A stretch of DNA of 64,000 nucleotides, taken from the NCBI GenBank assembly GCA_965203325.1, contig OZ241875.1:4256001-4320000 (forward strand), written 5' to 3'. The notes beneath the pieces are model-generated. The model did not search any database and was not told the origin of the DNA. It saw only the letters and a program-made list of their open reading frames with translations. This stretch comes from a bacterium (GTDB lineage: Bacteria > UBA8248). This document shows, piece after piece, positions 1 to 9,893 of this stretch; within the stretch, counting starts at the first letter, position 1, and each line of letters begins with the position of its first letter. The position numbers and the translations under genes were made by a program.

Positions 1-635
1 ATCACAGCGACAACTCGGGCGATATTGACCAGCCGCCCACAACCGTACTTTTCGTACTTGGTGCTCAGGATATGCATGCCCTCCCCGACAGCAGAAGCAA
101 TAGTATTGGTCAACTTGGCCGAAGATGCAATAATTGTGAGTTGTTGCGAATCGTTGTGTCAGTATTCCACGATAGCAAACACGCTCACAGCCAGTCGATA
201 CTGGAGCGTTCGGCAGATTCTCCCGCACCGCATTCCGCCTTCTGTCCAAGCACCCTATCCGGTCCGTTTGTCATCGTGACAATCTCAGGCGGTCGAGGCG
301 GATCGGGTGGCGACACTCTATTTAGCGTATGAGTCGATTCCTCTGACAGCAAAACTTTTTCGACATTTCCAAGGTGGTTTGTTTTCTAGACTTCTGTCGG
401 ATTTGGCGGCAGTTCGACTTTGTATCCAATAGCGAGGATTATTACTCTCGCTGCTTGGTAGCCGCATCATTTAGCGCACACGTTCCGATCATCTGATTTG
501 AGCGAAACAGACTTAGGTTTTCTCATCTAGGAACCGGTCAACAACTACTATTTAGCGCGGCCCGAAAAGGCATCACAATAAATCTGCTATCGTGTAGTCC
601 ATTCGCTCCCACTTGCCTCCGATGAGGGCTAGTAA

Positions 636-3461
636 TCATAAACTGAGGTCTCGCTCGGTCTGCTTCTCGCGATCCGTCGTTCGTCCCTCTTTCGACCCCG
701 CTCCCGTCTCTTTCGCTGGTACTTCCCGTACAGTTTCCCCGATCCCCTCGAGCGCCGATACCCGTTCGCCCGTGGCCGTTTCGAGCCGCTCGCGCAGGGC
801 ATTTGCGTCGTCGGTCACGAGTTCCGCGCGGTCCCGGGCGCGGCTGATCTCGACGTAGAAGCTCTTCTGCGTGGTGAGGTGGGGGTGGTTCGCCTGCATC
901 GCGGCGATCACGTTGTCGACGGTCCGGCCCTGGAAGGCGTGAACGGTCGATGCCCAGGCATGGTCGAGGTGGCGCAGTTGGGGATCGCCCGGGGTCATAG
1001 CGAGCCTGCGCCCGTCTTCCAGGCGCAAGGAGACGCGGTCGTTCCCGACCGAAAGCACTTCGGCCGTGCGGCTGTTGACGAGACCGAAGCCCTTGTCGTT
1101 GCGGGTCCAGCGGATACGGTCGCCGGCGCGAAGCTCGATATCTTCTGCCCGGTAGACCTCGGCGCCGCCCGTCCGCCCGGCGATCCGCCCGGGCTTCCAT
1201 GAGACGCGCTCGCCGTCCTTGCCTTCGAGCACCACCGTCCGGTTCTCGTGATCCACGCCCGATACGCGGAGTTCGTCGCCCTTCTCCACGCCCAGGCGCT
1301 TGTAGGGGCGGTGAAAGGCCACGACGTCGCCAGGGGCGTAGTTCGCGGCGAGCGATTTCTCGGCGTTCGTGTAACCGCGGGAGACGAGCCGCTCCCCCCT
1401 GAAGGCGGGGCCGTGGATATTGCCCTCCCGCGCGAGACGCTCCCGTATATGGGCGTTGATCTTCCGGCGAAGTTCATGACTGGGCGCCATGACGCCGGTG
1501 TTCTCGCGCGCCTCGGGCGAAAGAGCGAGCCAGCGCGCCGCCACCGCGCCCGCGATGTTGTCGGCCTTCACCTGCGCGACGTTCGACCCGAGCTTCTCGA
1601 ACGCGCGGCCGATCTCGCCGGCGAGGCTCGCCTCGACCGCGGCCTTGAGGTCCGGGTCGCGCTGGCGCAGGATATCGTCCATCACGGCGGTCTTCATGCC
1701 GGCTTGCTGCAGTTGCGCGAAGGGCTTGCCGGCGTCCACGGCGTCCAGTTGTTTCTCATCGCCCACCAGCACGACCCTGGGGATGCGCAGGGCGCGGGCG
1801 ACCCGCAGGAGATCTCGGGCCTGCAAGGTGGAAGCAAGGGACCCCTCGTCCACCACGAGCACCGTCTTGCCCCAGGCCGCGCGCATCTGCCGCTCGGCCT
1901 TTCTGGTGAGCCTTTCCCCGGCCACGCCGGCGTTTCGCGCGAGGAAACGCTGCAGCGTCTCGCTCTCGATCCCGGCCTCGGTTCCGAGCGTCTTGACCGC
2001 CGAGGCCGAGGGCGCAAGGCCCTTGACCTCGAACCCGCGTTTTTCCAGTAACACGCGGGCGCGGTTCAGCATGGTGGTCTTGCCGGTCCCGGCATAGCCC
2101 TGCACGCCGACGACGCGGTCCTTGGCCGAGAGGATGAGTTTGACCGCTTCCCTCTGGCCTTTCGTCAGCGCTCCCTTGTGCAGATACGCCTGCGCGATCC
2201 AGCTGCGCATCGCCACCCGGCCCCGGCCCTGACCGTCCCGCATCAGCCCGATCGTCTCGCGTTCGTCCGCGAGCGCCTTGTCGGTCGCCAGGTCATCCCT
2301 CCCGTGCAGCCCAGGTGCTGTGTGAAGCCGTCCCCCTCTTTCGAGGTCGCCCAGCGCCCTCTCCGCCGCCTCGACGGACACCGCGCCCGGCCGCCAGGCC
2401 AGCGCGGCGGCCAGCGCGTCGGCGCGGGCGAACACGGCCTCGCGCTCTGAGAGATGCGCCACGGCCCATTCCACGGCCTCTCCGGCCGGACCGCTCTCCC
2501 GGACCTCTCCTTTGCTTTCAAGACCGGCGACCCTTGAGGCCGCTTCGGCCGCATGGGCCCTGGCGTCGAATCCGAGGTCCGCGGCCTGTTTCTCCCACAT
2601 GCCCCTGAGCGCGGACTTGTCCACGTCACGTTTTCGGGCGCGGGTCATGAGCGCCGCGCGCTCGGCGATGCGCTGATTCTCCGCCGTCGTTCCCAGGCCC
2701 CGCTCCGCCATCGCGGCCTCGATCTCCGCCCGACGGGTCGAGAACGCCTCGATCACCTCGCGGCGGACGCCGGCGACCTCGAACCGCCCGTCGGCGTGCG
2801 TCTTCTCAATCCCGTAGCCCAGCTTCCCCAGTCCCTGCGCCAGCTCGCTCCTGTAGAGCATGCCGATCAGCTTCTGGCTGCGGTAGAGCGCCTCGTTGGA
2901 CATCGTCCGCCACTTGCCGTCCGGACCCCGAACCATGTTGGCCAGCACCGCGTGGGTGTGAAGCTGGGGGTCGAGGTTGCGCGAGGCGTCGTGGCGGAAG
3001 GTCGCGGCCAGCGTTTTCTGATCCCCGGCCCGGACCATGCGTCCCGTCTCCGGGTCCTTCATCCTGGTCTCCGCGGCGTGGCCCTCGACCCAGGCGAGAG
3101 TGCGCTCGACCGCCCGGTCATGGGCCTCGACGACGCGGGCGTCGCCGCCCACCAGCGCGGCGAGCGAGACGGACTTGGGCGCAGAGAAGGTGAGGTCGCG
3201 TCCGGGACGGTGCTCCAGGACGCCGTCCTTGCGCCTGCGGCCGAGCTTTCTCCCCGAACCGTCGGGCACATGGCCCTCGAGTACCGCCTTGAATACTTCC
3301 GGGTCGACCGTGCCCGTGAGGCCTAAGTCCTCCGCTCCCCTGCCGGCCCATGCGCTCACCTCCCTGTGGGCGGGGTCGTCTTTGGCGTAATAGCCGTCGC
3401 GCTCGTAGTAGGAGGCGCCCTGGGCGGGGGCGGCCACGGCGCCGATCGAGACGACCATCAC
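636..3461 (-). CDS. trwC: MOBF conjugative relaxase-helicase (TrwC/TraI-like)
   Basis: N-terminal YY..YY (SYYERDGYY), DLTFSAPKSVS and HUH motif HDASRNLDPQLHTH. C-terminal RecD-like helicase with GYAGTGKTT, VDEGS and HAFQGRT. Confidence 0.95.
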   Translation of the reverse strand: MMVVSIGAVAAPAQGASYYERDGYYAKDDPAHREVSAWAGRGAEDLGLTGTVDPEVFKAVLEGHVPDGSGRKLGRRRKDGVLEHRPGRDLTFSAPKSVSLAALVGGDARVVEAHDRAVERTLAWVEGHAAETRMKDPETGRMVRAGDQKTLAATFRHDASRNLDPQLHTHAVLANMVRGPDGKWRTMSNEALYRSQKLIGMLYRSELAQGLGKLGYGIEKTHADGRFEVAGVRREVIEAFSTRRAEIEAAMAERGLGTTAENQRIAERAALMTRARKRDVDKSALRGMWEKQAADLGFDARAHAAEAASRVAGLESKGEVRESGPAGEAVEWAVAHLSEREAVFARADALAAALAWRPGAVSVEAAERALGDLERGGRLHTAPGLHGRDDLATDKALADERETIGLMRDGQGRGRVAMRSWIAQAYLHKGALTKGQREAVKLILSAKDRVVGVQGYAGTGKTTMLNRARVLLEKRGFEVKGLAPSASAVKTLGTEAGIESETLQRFLARNAGVAGERLTRKAERQMRAAWGKTVLVVDEGSLASTLQARDLLRVARALRIPRVVLVGDEKQLDAVDAGKPFAQLQQAGMKTAVMDDILRQRDPDLKAAVEASLAGEIGRAFEKLGSNVAQVKADNIAGAVAARWLALSPEARENTGVMAPSHELRRKINAHIRERLAREGNIHGPAFRGERLVSRGYTNAEKSLAANYAPGDVVAFHRPYKRLGVEKGDELRVSGVDHENRTVVLEGKDGERVSWKPGRIAGRTGGAEVYRAEDIELRAGDRIRWTRNDKGFGLVNSRTAEVLSVGNDRVSLRLEDGRRLAMTPGDPQLRHLDHAWASTVHAFQGRTVDNVIAAMQANHPHLTTQKSFYVEISRARDRAELVTDDANALRERLETATGERVSALEGIGETVREVPAKETGAGSKEGRTTDREKQTERDLSL

Positions 3462-5545
3462 AACCAGTCCGGCGTGCGGGACCTGGCCCCATCGCCGTCT
3501 TCGCCCCGGTTTTGCTCATCGTCATCCGCCGCACCGGCGTCATCTCCTTCCGCGGAGTGGACCGCGGGTTGCGGCGCCCCGGGTGTTTCGGAGGATTGAT
3601 CGGGCCCCGCCAGGCCTGAGTCCGGCGGCGGAGCGGGTCGTTCACACTCGTAAACTTCCGCCTCGCCGTTCGCGGTCGTATCGCCGGGCGATTCGGCTTC
3701 CTGCCGATTCGCCGCCTCGCCGGATTCAGTCGCCCTCCCGGACTCGTGTGTTTTCCCGGTCTTCGATGCCCCGGCTTCGGCGCCTCCCGTTTCTTGCGTC
3801 GGCGCATTCTCCCTCGGCATGAAACTCTCGGCCGCACCGGGTCTTTTCACGTAGTCGAGCTCGATGCGGGCCACCGGCCAGGGGCCGGGGAACTTGAGGT
3901 AGCCGTGCAGATTCTCGAGGCGCATGATCTCGGACGGCAGCGCCAGGGGGCGCATCTCGCGGCGCTGCGTGAGCGATACGCCGTCCCTCATCGCGCTGGC
4001 GCCGTAGCTCAGGCCCTCCGCGTACTCGGTGACCTCGCCGCGCCCCAGGCTCTCGGCCGACCAGCGCGCCGTCTCCTGGTCGGGCGCCGCCAGCACCACC
4101 CGGGTGCCGCAGAGGCCCGATACCGTCTCGGCGCCGTTTCGCCCGTACAGATCGCGCAGGGCGGAAATCACCTGGATCCCCAGCACGAAACACCCCCCGA
4201 ACTGGCGCGATTCGGCGAGTCCGGGCTGGAGACTCGGCACCTGGTGGAGGGTGGGGAGTTCGTCGAGCACAATCCAAATCCTGCGCGCGTCGTCCCGGCC
4301 GAGGGACAACAGCGCGTTCACGGCGATCTCCAGCCAGGTCGAGATGAGGCCCCTGAGACTCGCGTGCTGGTCGCCTCGCGAGGTCAGGAACAGGAAGCCG
4401 GTTTCGTCCTCGCGCTCCACCCACTCCCTGATCGAGAAGGGGACGCCTGAGTCGGGCAGGCATTCGAGCGCGCCCAGGTGCGCCGTCAGCATGGCGCGCA
4501 CCGAGAGCGCCGTCTTGGGGTTCTCGGGGTCCACGATGGACTGCGCCACCGTGCCCTCCATGGCCTCGGCCAGAGAGGTGAGTTCGGTCTTGAGCAGGTG
4601 CTCGACGAGTATCCGGTTCTCCGTCACGCCGCGCTTCCAGAGTACGCCCGCGCCGTTCGCGAACAACTGCCGCGCGGCCGTGACCCAGAAGGGGTCCACC
4701 GTGTCCTTCTGCTGCGGGATGAGGGCGGCGGCCATCGTGTCGAAGTCCCTGGGCGTCCTGGCTTCCAGGAAGGGCGACCACCGTGGCGCCCGGGCGTCCA
4801 GGGGATTCATCAGGACGTCGCGGGCGGGGTCGTAGAACGCTCGCGTGTAGCTTCCCATCTTGTCGTAGAGGATGCAGCGCTCGCCGCGTTCCCTGATCTG
4901 CGCGACCAGGTCCGATATCAGGACGGTCTTGCCCGAACCCGTGGTTCCCGAGACGATGGTGTGCTGGGTCTCGGCGCGCTCGGGCCAGGGGACGCCCGCG
5001 ATGCGGGGTCTGGACTTGCGCGCGGCCGGAAAGAATTTTTCCCCCAGGCGGGAGAAAACGGGTTGGACGCGTCTTCCCAGCGCACCTGCCGAGGTCATCT
5101 CGGCGCCCCGCACCCTGCGCGCGCGGGCCATGCGCCGACCCAGGAGCCAGAAGAAGAACGCGAACAGGGCCACGCCGCCCAGACCGAGCCAGAGGCCCAG
5201 CCAGGCTTTCGAATAAATGGTATCGAGCATGCGCCTCCTGATCCGCTCGATCCTGGGGTCCGAAGCGATGAGCTCGATCCGCTCGATCGTTCGCTCACCC
5301 GCCCCCCACTCGTACACCTGGCCCGAATCGGGGGAATACCCGATGGCGAGCTTGGCCTCGGCCAGCGTGCCCAGGCCCACGACGCGCCACTCGTGCGCGC
5401 TCGTCGTCGTGAAGACCGTGATCGCGGGCGTCAGGACGACAGTCAGGACGAGTCCAAAAATTCCCCAGCGCGCGAGCTGGCCCCACATCCTGGCGTCGTG
5501 GAGCAGGGTCTGGCCGCCGCGCAGGGTGGCGTTTCCGATGGTCAT
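3458..5545 (-). CDS. traD: Type IV coupling protein (TraD/TrwB family)
   Basis: Two N-terminal TM segments, Walker A GTTGSGKT, YDKMG, LDELPTL, ESRQFGG and an acidic C-terminal tail. Overlaps the relaxase start by 4 bp. Confidence 0.93.
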   Translation of the reverse strand: MTIGNATLRGGQTLLHDARMWGQLARWGIFGLVLTVVLTPAITVFTTTSAHEWRVVGLGTLAEAKLAIGYSPDSGQVYEWGAGERTIERIELIASDPRIERIRRRMLDTIYSKAWLGLWLGLGGVALFAFFFWLLGRRMARARRVRGAEMTSAGALGRRVQPVFSRLGEKFFPAARKSRPRIAGVPWPERAETQHTIVSGTTGSGKTVLISDLVAQIRERGERCILYDKMGSYTRAFYDPARDVLMNPLDARAPRWSPFLEARTPRDFDTMAAALIPQQKDTVDPFWVTAARQLFANGAGVLWKRGVTENRILVEHLLKTELTSLAEAMEGTVAQSIVDPENPKTALSVRAMLTAHLGALECLPDSGVPFSIREWVEREDETGFLFLTSRGDQHASLRGLISTWLEIAVNALLSLGRDDARRIWIVLDELPTLHQVPSLQPGLAESRQFGGCFVLGIQVISALRDLYGRNGAETVSGLCGTRVVLAAPDQETARWSAESLGRGEVTEYAEGLSYGASAMRDGVSLTQRREMRPLALPSEIMRLENLHGYLKFPGPWPVARIELDYVKRPGAAESFMPRENAPTQETGGAEAGASKTGKTHESGRATESGEAANRQEAESPGDTTANGEAEVYECERPAPPPDSGLAGPDQSSETPGAPQPAVHSAEGDDAGAADDDEQNRGEDGDGARSRTPDWL

Positions 5546-5927
5546 TCGATTCTCCCTTTCAGGGTTTGATGGATGGCTGTGATTTTCCTCGTGGAGTCAC
5601 TTGCCGGCCTCCCTTCGGTGGGGTGAAGACGCGTTTGGCCAACCGATCCCCAGCGGCGATGTAGGACGGCTTGCGAGCCGGGTCTTGATGCTTCGTCTCA
5701 ATTGACAGGCCGGGGTGGTCCCGGTGCGGGATTCGATCGCATTCATCTCAGCGTATGTAATACGAAAATACTTCACCGGCAACAGGTTTCAGTAGCTCAT
5801 ATCCTACGGAATTGTTCCAAATACGCTCACACTTGCGCTCCGGTGCGCAGAACCATGACAAAAACGTGAGAAAACGCGATGGAAGAAGACGAGAGAGAAG
5901 CGCTCCGGCGCGAACCGTCGAGCGCCG

Positions 5928-6098
5928 TCATGTTTCCTTCAACAGTTCGTCGATGCGGTCGGCAATGCGTTGCGCGGGTTCGCGCAGTTGCCCGACATTT
6001 CAGTCGGAGGCGTAGCCCTAGGTCACCCCGTCGGGCCGGGTGTGATTCACCAGCCGCTAAGTTAGCGAACGCGGCAGCATGAGTTCGTGTTCCGCAAC
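5928..6098 (-). pseudogene. C-terminal remnant of a tyrosine integrase with three in-frame stops
   Basis: Manual translation gives VAEHELMLPRSLT*RLVNHTRPDGVT*GYASD*NVGQLREPAQRIADRIDELLKET*. This has the LVNH...T.GY catalytic His/Tyr spacing and terminal helix of tyrosine recombinases. Confidence 0.75.
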
Positions 6099-6335
6099 CT
6101 TATGCAGTGCCCGACATAACGTCCCGCCACATAACAGCCCCAATCCTGAGTGCCTGAGTTCTTGAGCCCCGTACAGACGATGAACTCGTCCCGCTCGGGT
6201 CGTATCTCCCGGACCGCCCTGCGCGAGGACAAGACATTTGTATGGGACGTATAGCACGCGAGGGGCGTTTATAAGGATTGAGCAAGAGGATACAAGCTCT
6301 TTCTCGTATCTGTTTTGAGGCAATTGCTTCATCCA

Positions 6336-9300
6336 TTAGGGCGAGATCACAACGCGAAAAGACGCTTGAGTGGTCTTGATTAGGTAAAGCTCTGTCGTCG
6401 CGAGAAGCCGCAAGCTATCGTCCGTTATGCTATTTACAGAAGCTCCTGGCTGTACAAGTATCATTTCGAAGTTCAGCTTCGCACGACGCGCCTTTTCCTT
6501 AAAGTAGGCAAACCCTTTCATGTCACTCTTTAAAAAGCGGGACGCTCCGTCTTGTTGCCATGCTTCGTGGCGTCGTTTGAGGTCGTTATACAATCTTCGT
6601 AATCCAGTGTGCTTCACAGTGATGCTCTTCTGGGCTTGGCCGCAAACCGTGTAGAAATTTCGAATATCTTGTGAAATTCGCCCTTCGTGTGCGCCTTTGC
6701 AATGGACAAGACAAAGTTGGATTGTACTTTCGTTTACATCTTTTAAGCAGACCAGATCCGCTGCTTCACCACAACCATCGTCATTGAAGATGACGTCGTA
6801 GTCATCCCGCAGATTTTCAAAGGTACGATATTGGATCGTGGCGGTGTCGCGCGTTTTATGCATAGATTCTTGATTAAGCGGTATCCCTCTCCAGTCCCAA
6901 CATTCCAGCTTATCTTTATCGAAGATACCGGAGTCAAGATTTGCTGGGATGTGGTAGCAATTGTAGGAATAAGTGCCGTCGGCGTAACGAACGATGAAGG
7001 GGTCTTTCTGAAGGTACTCCTCCAATGATAGTGCAGGCACATTACTCATTTGAATACTTATCGCAGGGCCAGCAATGTGTTCGTGTTGATAGCCTCCCGT
7101 GAGCGATTCAGAAATGGATAGCCGATATTCTGAAATTGCACTCTCGGAGATAATCCTTATTGAAATCGAACCGTCATGTTGGATTGCACCAATCTCGAGA
7201 TCGACCATGAAGAGGGGAATTTCCATCTTGTCGAAGATGACCCACTGCCGATTGCCAATGCGTAACTGGGCCCGCTCGCCCCATTGTACCGAAATTGGAT
7301 GGGACTCGTACGGGCCTGGCATTCTTTTCGGTCGAAGGAAGTCGCGGGTAATGTTGGTTTCCTGCTGATCCTCTGTGGTAACCTTCGCCCACGTTGCTGA
7401 AGTCCAGTTGATCCATTCAGCGATTGTCCCGGATTTTTGCTGCCAGATCTTTCCGCGACGCTGCGCACCTCCCCATAAGACACGTTCCCCGTCTTCGTAT
7501 CCAAGACATGCGATGTTGTTCAGGGAAGACTCCGCCTTCTCTATGCTGGCAAGGCCTTCAGTTACATTCGGGCCGAAATAAGAAGTGAAACTAATCGCGC
7601 CAATTCGGGAGGAGCCTAAACTCTTTACTAGCGGAAGCTCTACATTATTCAATATGTTGAATATCGGCGTGCCTGAGACAAGCTCCGCTGTTTCATCTGT
7701 GACGGCTTTCGCTATGCGGTCGGAGGGAAGCGCACCATAGTTACTCGTATACAGGCAGAGCACGCCATTCGCTCTGTCCCATCTAAGAACAAGGAGGTCA
7801 TATATAGTATCGAGTAGATTTTCATAGTTTCCCCATTTCACTTCGACGGAACGGCATAATACAGCTACCAGCACTTCCTCAGCTTCGTTGAAGGCAACCC
7901 AGCTTTTCGTCTCAGGTGACAGGACCGAACGAAATTTGAATGGCGACCAATTTTCGCAGGTTGTCCTAAAAAACTGAGCGGAAAGTGCCGGTCGCAGATT
8001 CCAAAGCGATAAATGCTTGTGCAAGTCACCAGCTTCTTTGAGTCCGTATACGACTTCTTGCAGTCTTAACTCTGAAGCTATTCGCTCTTCACTCAATTGC
8101 CGTATGATCTGGTCCCAATCCGCACCATCAGCGTAGAGTTTGGCCAGCTTCGATTCGGCGTCTGGATCAGCTATGTTCGTAACTACCGTAGCTTCACCAA
8201 TTTCCCTCCAATTACCCTTTCGCGTAAACCGGCCGATAAATTGTAGCGTAACCGCAAGTGATTTATGGGTATCGTGGAGTGCTGCGATTTTCAGGTTCGC
8301 TAAATCAAACCCCTCTCCAAGCATGTCAACGCAAACTACAATACGCGACCTGCTGAGATTTCTGTCAAGAATGCGTTGCAGCGCTTCCTTGTTGGCGTTC
8401 GTGCGACCCGGGCCCGAAAACACCACGACAGGGTTTAGATCCGGGGCGAGCTCACGATAGAGTACTGCAATTTTCTCGGCGCGTTCTTTGGTGCGTGTTC
8501 GGGCCATCAAGAGATGGTCCAAACCGAGTTCATCTAAATCGCGACGTAGGGCGAAGATCGCTTCTTTAGCGATTGCTTGGTCTCGCTTACTCTGATCCCC
8601 ATACTCTTCAATAGTACGGAGGTTAATTGGCCGATAATAACCTGCCACCTGTGCATCGCCAAGCTTGTAGTTGAAGATAATCTTTCCATCAATTCTATTG
8701 CCATCACGTCTGAACGGCGTTGCAGTAAACTGGATGATACGTTTTTCTTTGAACAATTCTCGGATGGCGTTCCAAGTGGTCGCCGTCACGTGGTGTGCTT
8801 CATCTACGATCAGGTCGGTGCATTCTTGGATAAGATAGTTGGTAGCATCTGGGGCTGACGCCTGTATAGTATTTGGAAGGGCTATAATGACGTTGGCGTG
8901 TTCTATTATGGAACGGGCTTCTTCAACAGAGCTAATTCCTCCCTTAATGATTGCGACATGTGGCCTTGGTAGTTCGTGTGGTATGACGCCGACATCGTGC
9001 AGAACTCCAAGTGATGCAAACTTTTCTCCGATCTGACTGCGTAACGTATTGCTTGGAACAAGTACGAGGGTGCGTTTGAGCTGGCGATAGACCAGGGTGG
9101 CAAGCATTGTTTCGGTTTTGCCCGTTCCCGTGGGCAACACTATCGTTGCAGCCTCAAAGTCTCCTTCAACAGCGAAATGTGCGGAAATCGCGTGAAGTGC
9201 GCCGATTTGCGGAACACGCAGACCTGGTATTCCGACTTCTTCGTTTGCTGTACGGAAATAGAACTTGTTTGACCAGGACTGGATAACATTCTCAGGGGTA

Positions 9301-9629
9301 TCAGCATAAGTTTCCAGTTCCCCCAACTTGTCCCAGGCTACCGTGAACTGCTTGGGCCAAGTTTCTGGGCCACCAAGTTGTTCACACGTTACAACAGGCA
9401 GGGAAGTAGGTTGGCGACGTGCTCCCTTGCGCCTTAGAATAACTTTGTCATAAGGCTGAGTCAGATCTGTCCTAAGTATATAGTGGCCCGATAATTCGCA
9501 ATCAAAAAGGAGGGATTGGCAACTCGCTCCCATGAATGGGCGCTGGATTACACGGTTGCGACCAATGCGTTTCTTCCGCTCGGGAAGTGGTGGTAGGTTG
9601 ACAATACCTTGCCATTTGGAATTGTTCAT
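6336..9629 (-). CDS. SF2 (DEAD/DEAH, ResIII-like) helicase with C-terminal PD-(D/E)xK-like nuclease domain
   Basis: Q-motif LRVPQ, LPTGTGKT, DEAHH, TATP, MLGEGFD and QFIGRFTR. C-terminal DDGCGEAADLV...LVHCK. RBS AAGGGG upstream. Confidence 0.88.
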   Translation of the reverse strand: MNNSKWQGIVNLPPLPERKKRIGRNRVIQRPFMGASCQSLLFDCELSGHYILRTDLTQPYDKVILRRKGARRQPTSLPVVTCEQLGGPETWPKQFTVAWDKLGELETYADTPENVIQSWSNKFYFRTANEEVGIPGLRVPQIGALHAISAHFAVEGDFEAATIVLPTGTGKTETMLATLVYRQLKRTLVLVPSNTLRSQIGEKFASLGVLHDVGVIPHELPRPHVAIIKGGISSVEEARSIIEHANVIIALPNTIQASAPDATNYLIQECTDLIVDEAHHVTATTWNAIRELFKEKRIIQFTATPFRRDGNRIDGKIIFNYKLGDAQVAGYYRPINLRTIEEYGDQSKRDQAIAKEAIFALRRDLDELGLDHLLMARTRTKERAEKIAVLYRELAPDLNPVVVFSGPGRTNANKEALQRILDRNLSRSRIVVCVDMLGEGFDLANLKIAALHDTHKSLAVTLQFIGRFTRKGNWREIGEATVVTNIADPDAESKLAKLYADGADWDQIIRQLSEERIASELRLQEVVYGLKEAGDLHKHLSLWNLRPALSAQFFRTTCENWSPFKFRSVLSPETKSWVAFNEAEEVLVAVLCRSVEVKWGNYENLLDTIYDLLVLRWDRANGVLCLYTSNYGALPSDRIAKAVTDETAELVSGTPIFNILNNVELPLVKSLGSSRIGAISFTSYFGPNVTEGLASIEKAESSLNNIACLGYEDGERVLWGGAQRRGKIWQQKSGTIAEWINWTSATWAKVTTEDQQETNITRDFLRPKRMPGPYESHPISVQWGERAQLRIGNRQWVIFDKMEIPLFMVDLEIGAIQHDGSISIRIISESAISEYRLSISESLTGGYQHEHIAGPAISIQMSNVPALSLEEYLQKDPFIVRYADGTYSYNCYHIPANLDSGIFDKDKLECWDWRGIPLNQESMHKTRDTATIQYRTFENLRDDYDVIFNDDGCGEAADLVCLKDVNESTIQLCLVHCKGAHEGRISQDIRNFYTVCGQAQKSITVKHTGLRRLYNDLKRRHEAWQQDGASRFLKSDMKGFAYFKEKARRAKLNFEMILVQPGASVNSITDDSLRLLATTELYLIKTTQASFRVVISP

Positions 9630-9893
9630 GTTTTACCCCTTAACATACGGATATAGACGAGACTCTTTTGCGCGTGCAAAGACAGAATAGTCGTCTGTTT
9701 ACACTTGCGTATCCCGCCTTTCGAATGGATTTCTCCGGCAAATGCCTCGTATGTCCACACATCGTTTTTCAGTGTTGCGAGAACGGAGTTCTTCCCGAAA
9801 ATTGCCCTTTAGGATGCGACGGCGCAATGATTGTATTTGCCGTTCTAAAGGCGGCTTGCGGGGAGGGCGGACATCCTCAATTAGCTTTAGTTC

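Noticed and set aside
1..635. Short ORFs (25..279, 72..332) in AT-richer DNA at the left edge
   Set aside because: No recognisable motif in the frames I translated. It may be island cargo or intergenic DNA, but it cannot be called.
5597..5782. 61-aa ORF upstream of traD as a TrwA/MobC accessory protein
   Set aside because: No ribbon-helix-helix pattern and a weak start context.
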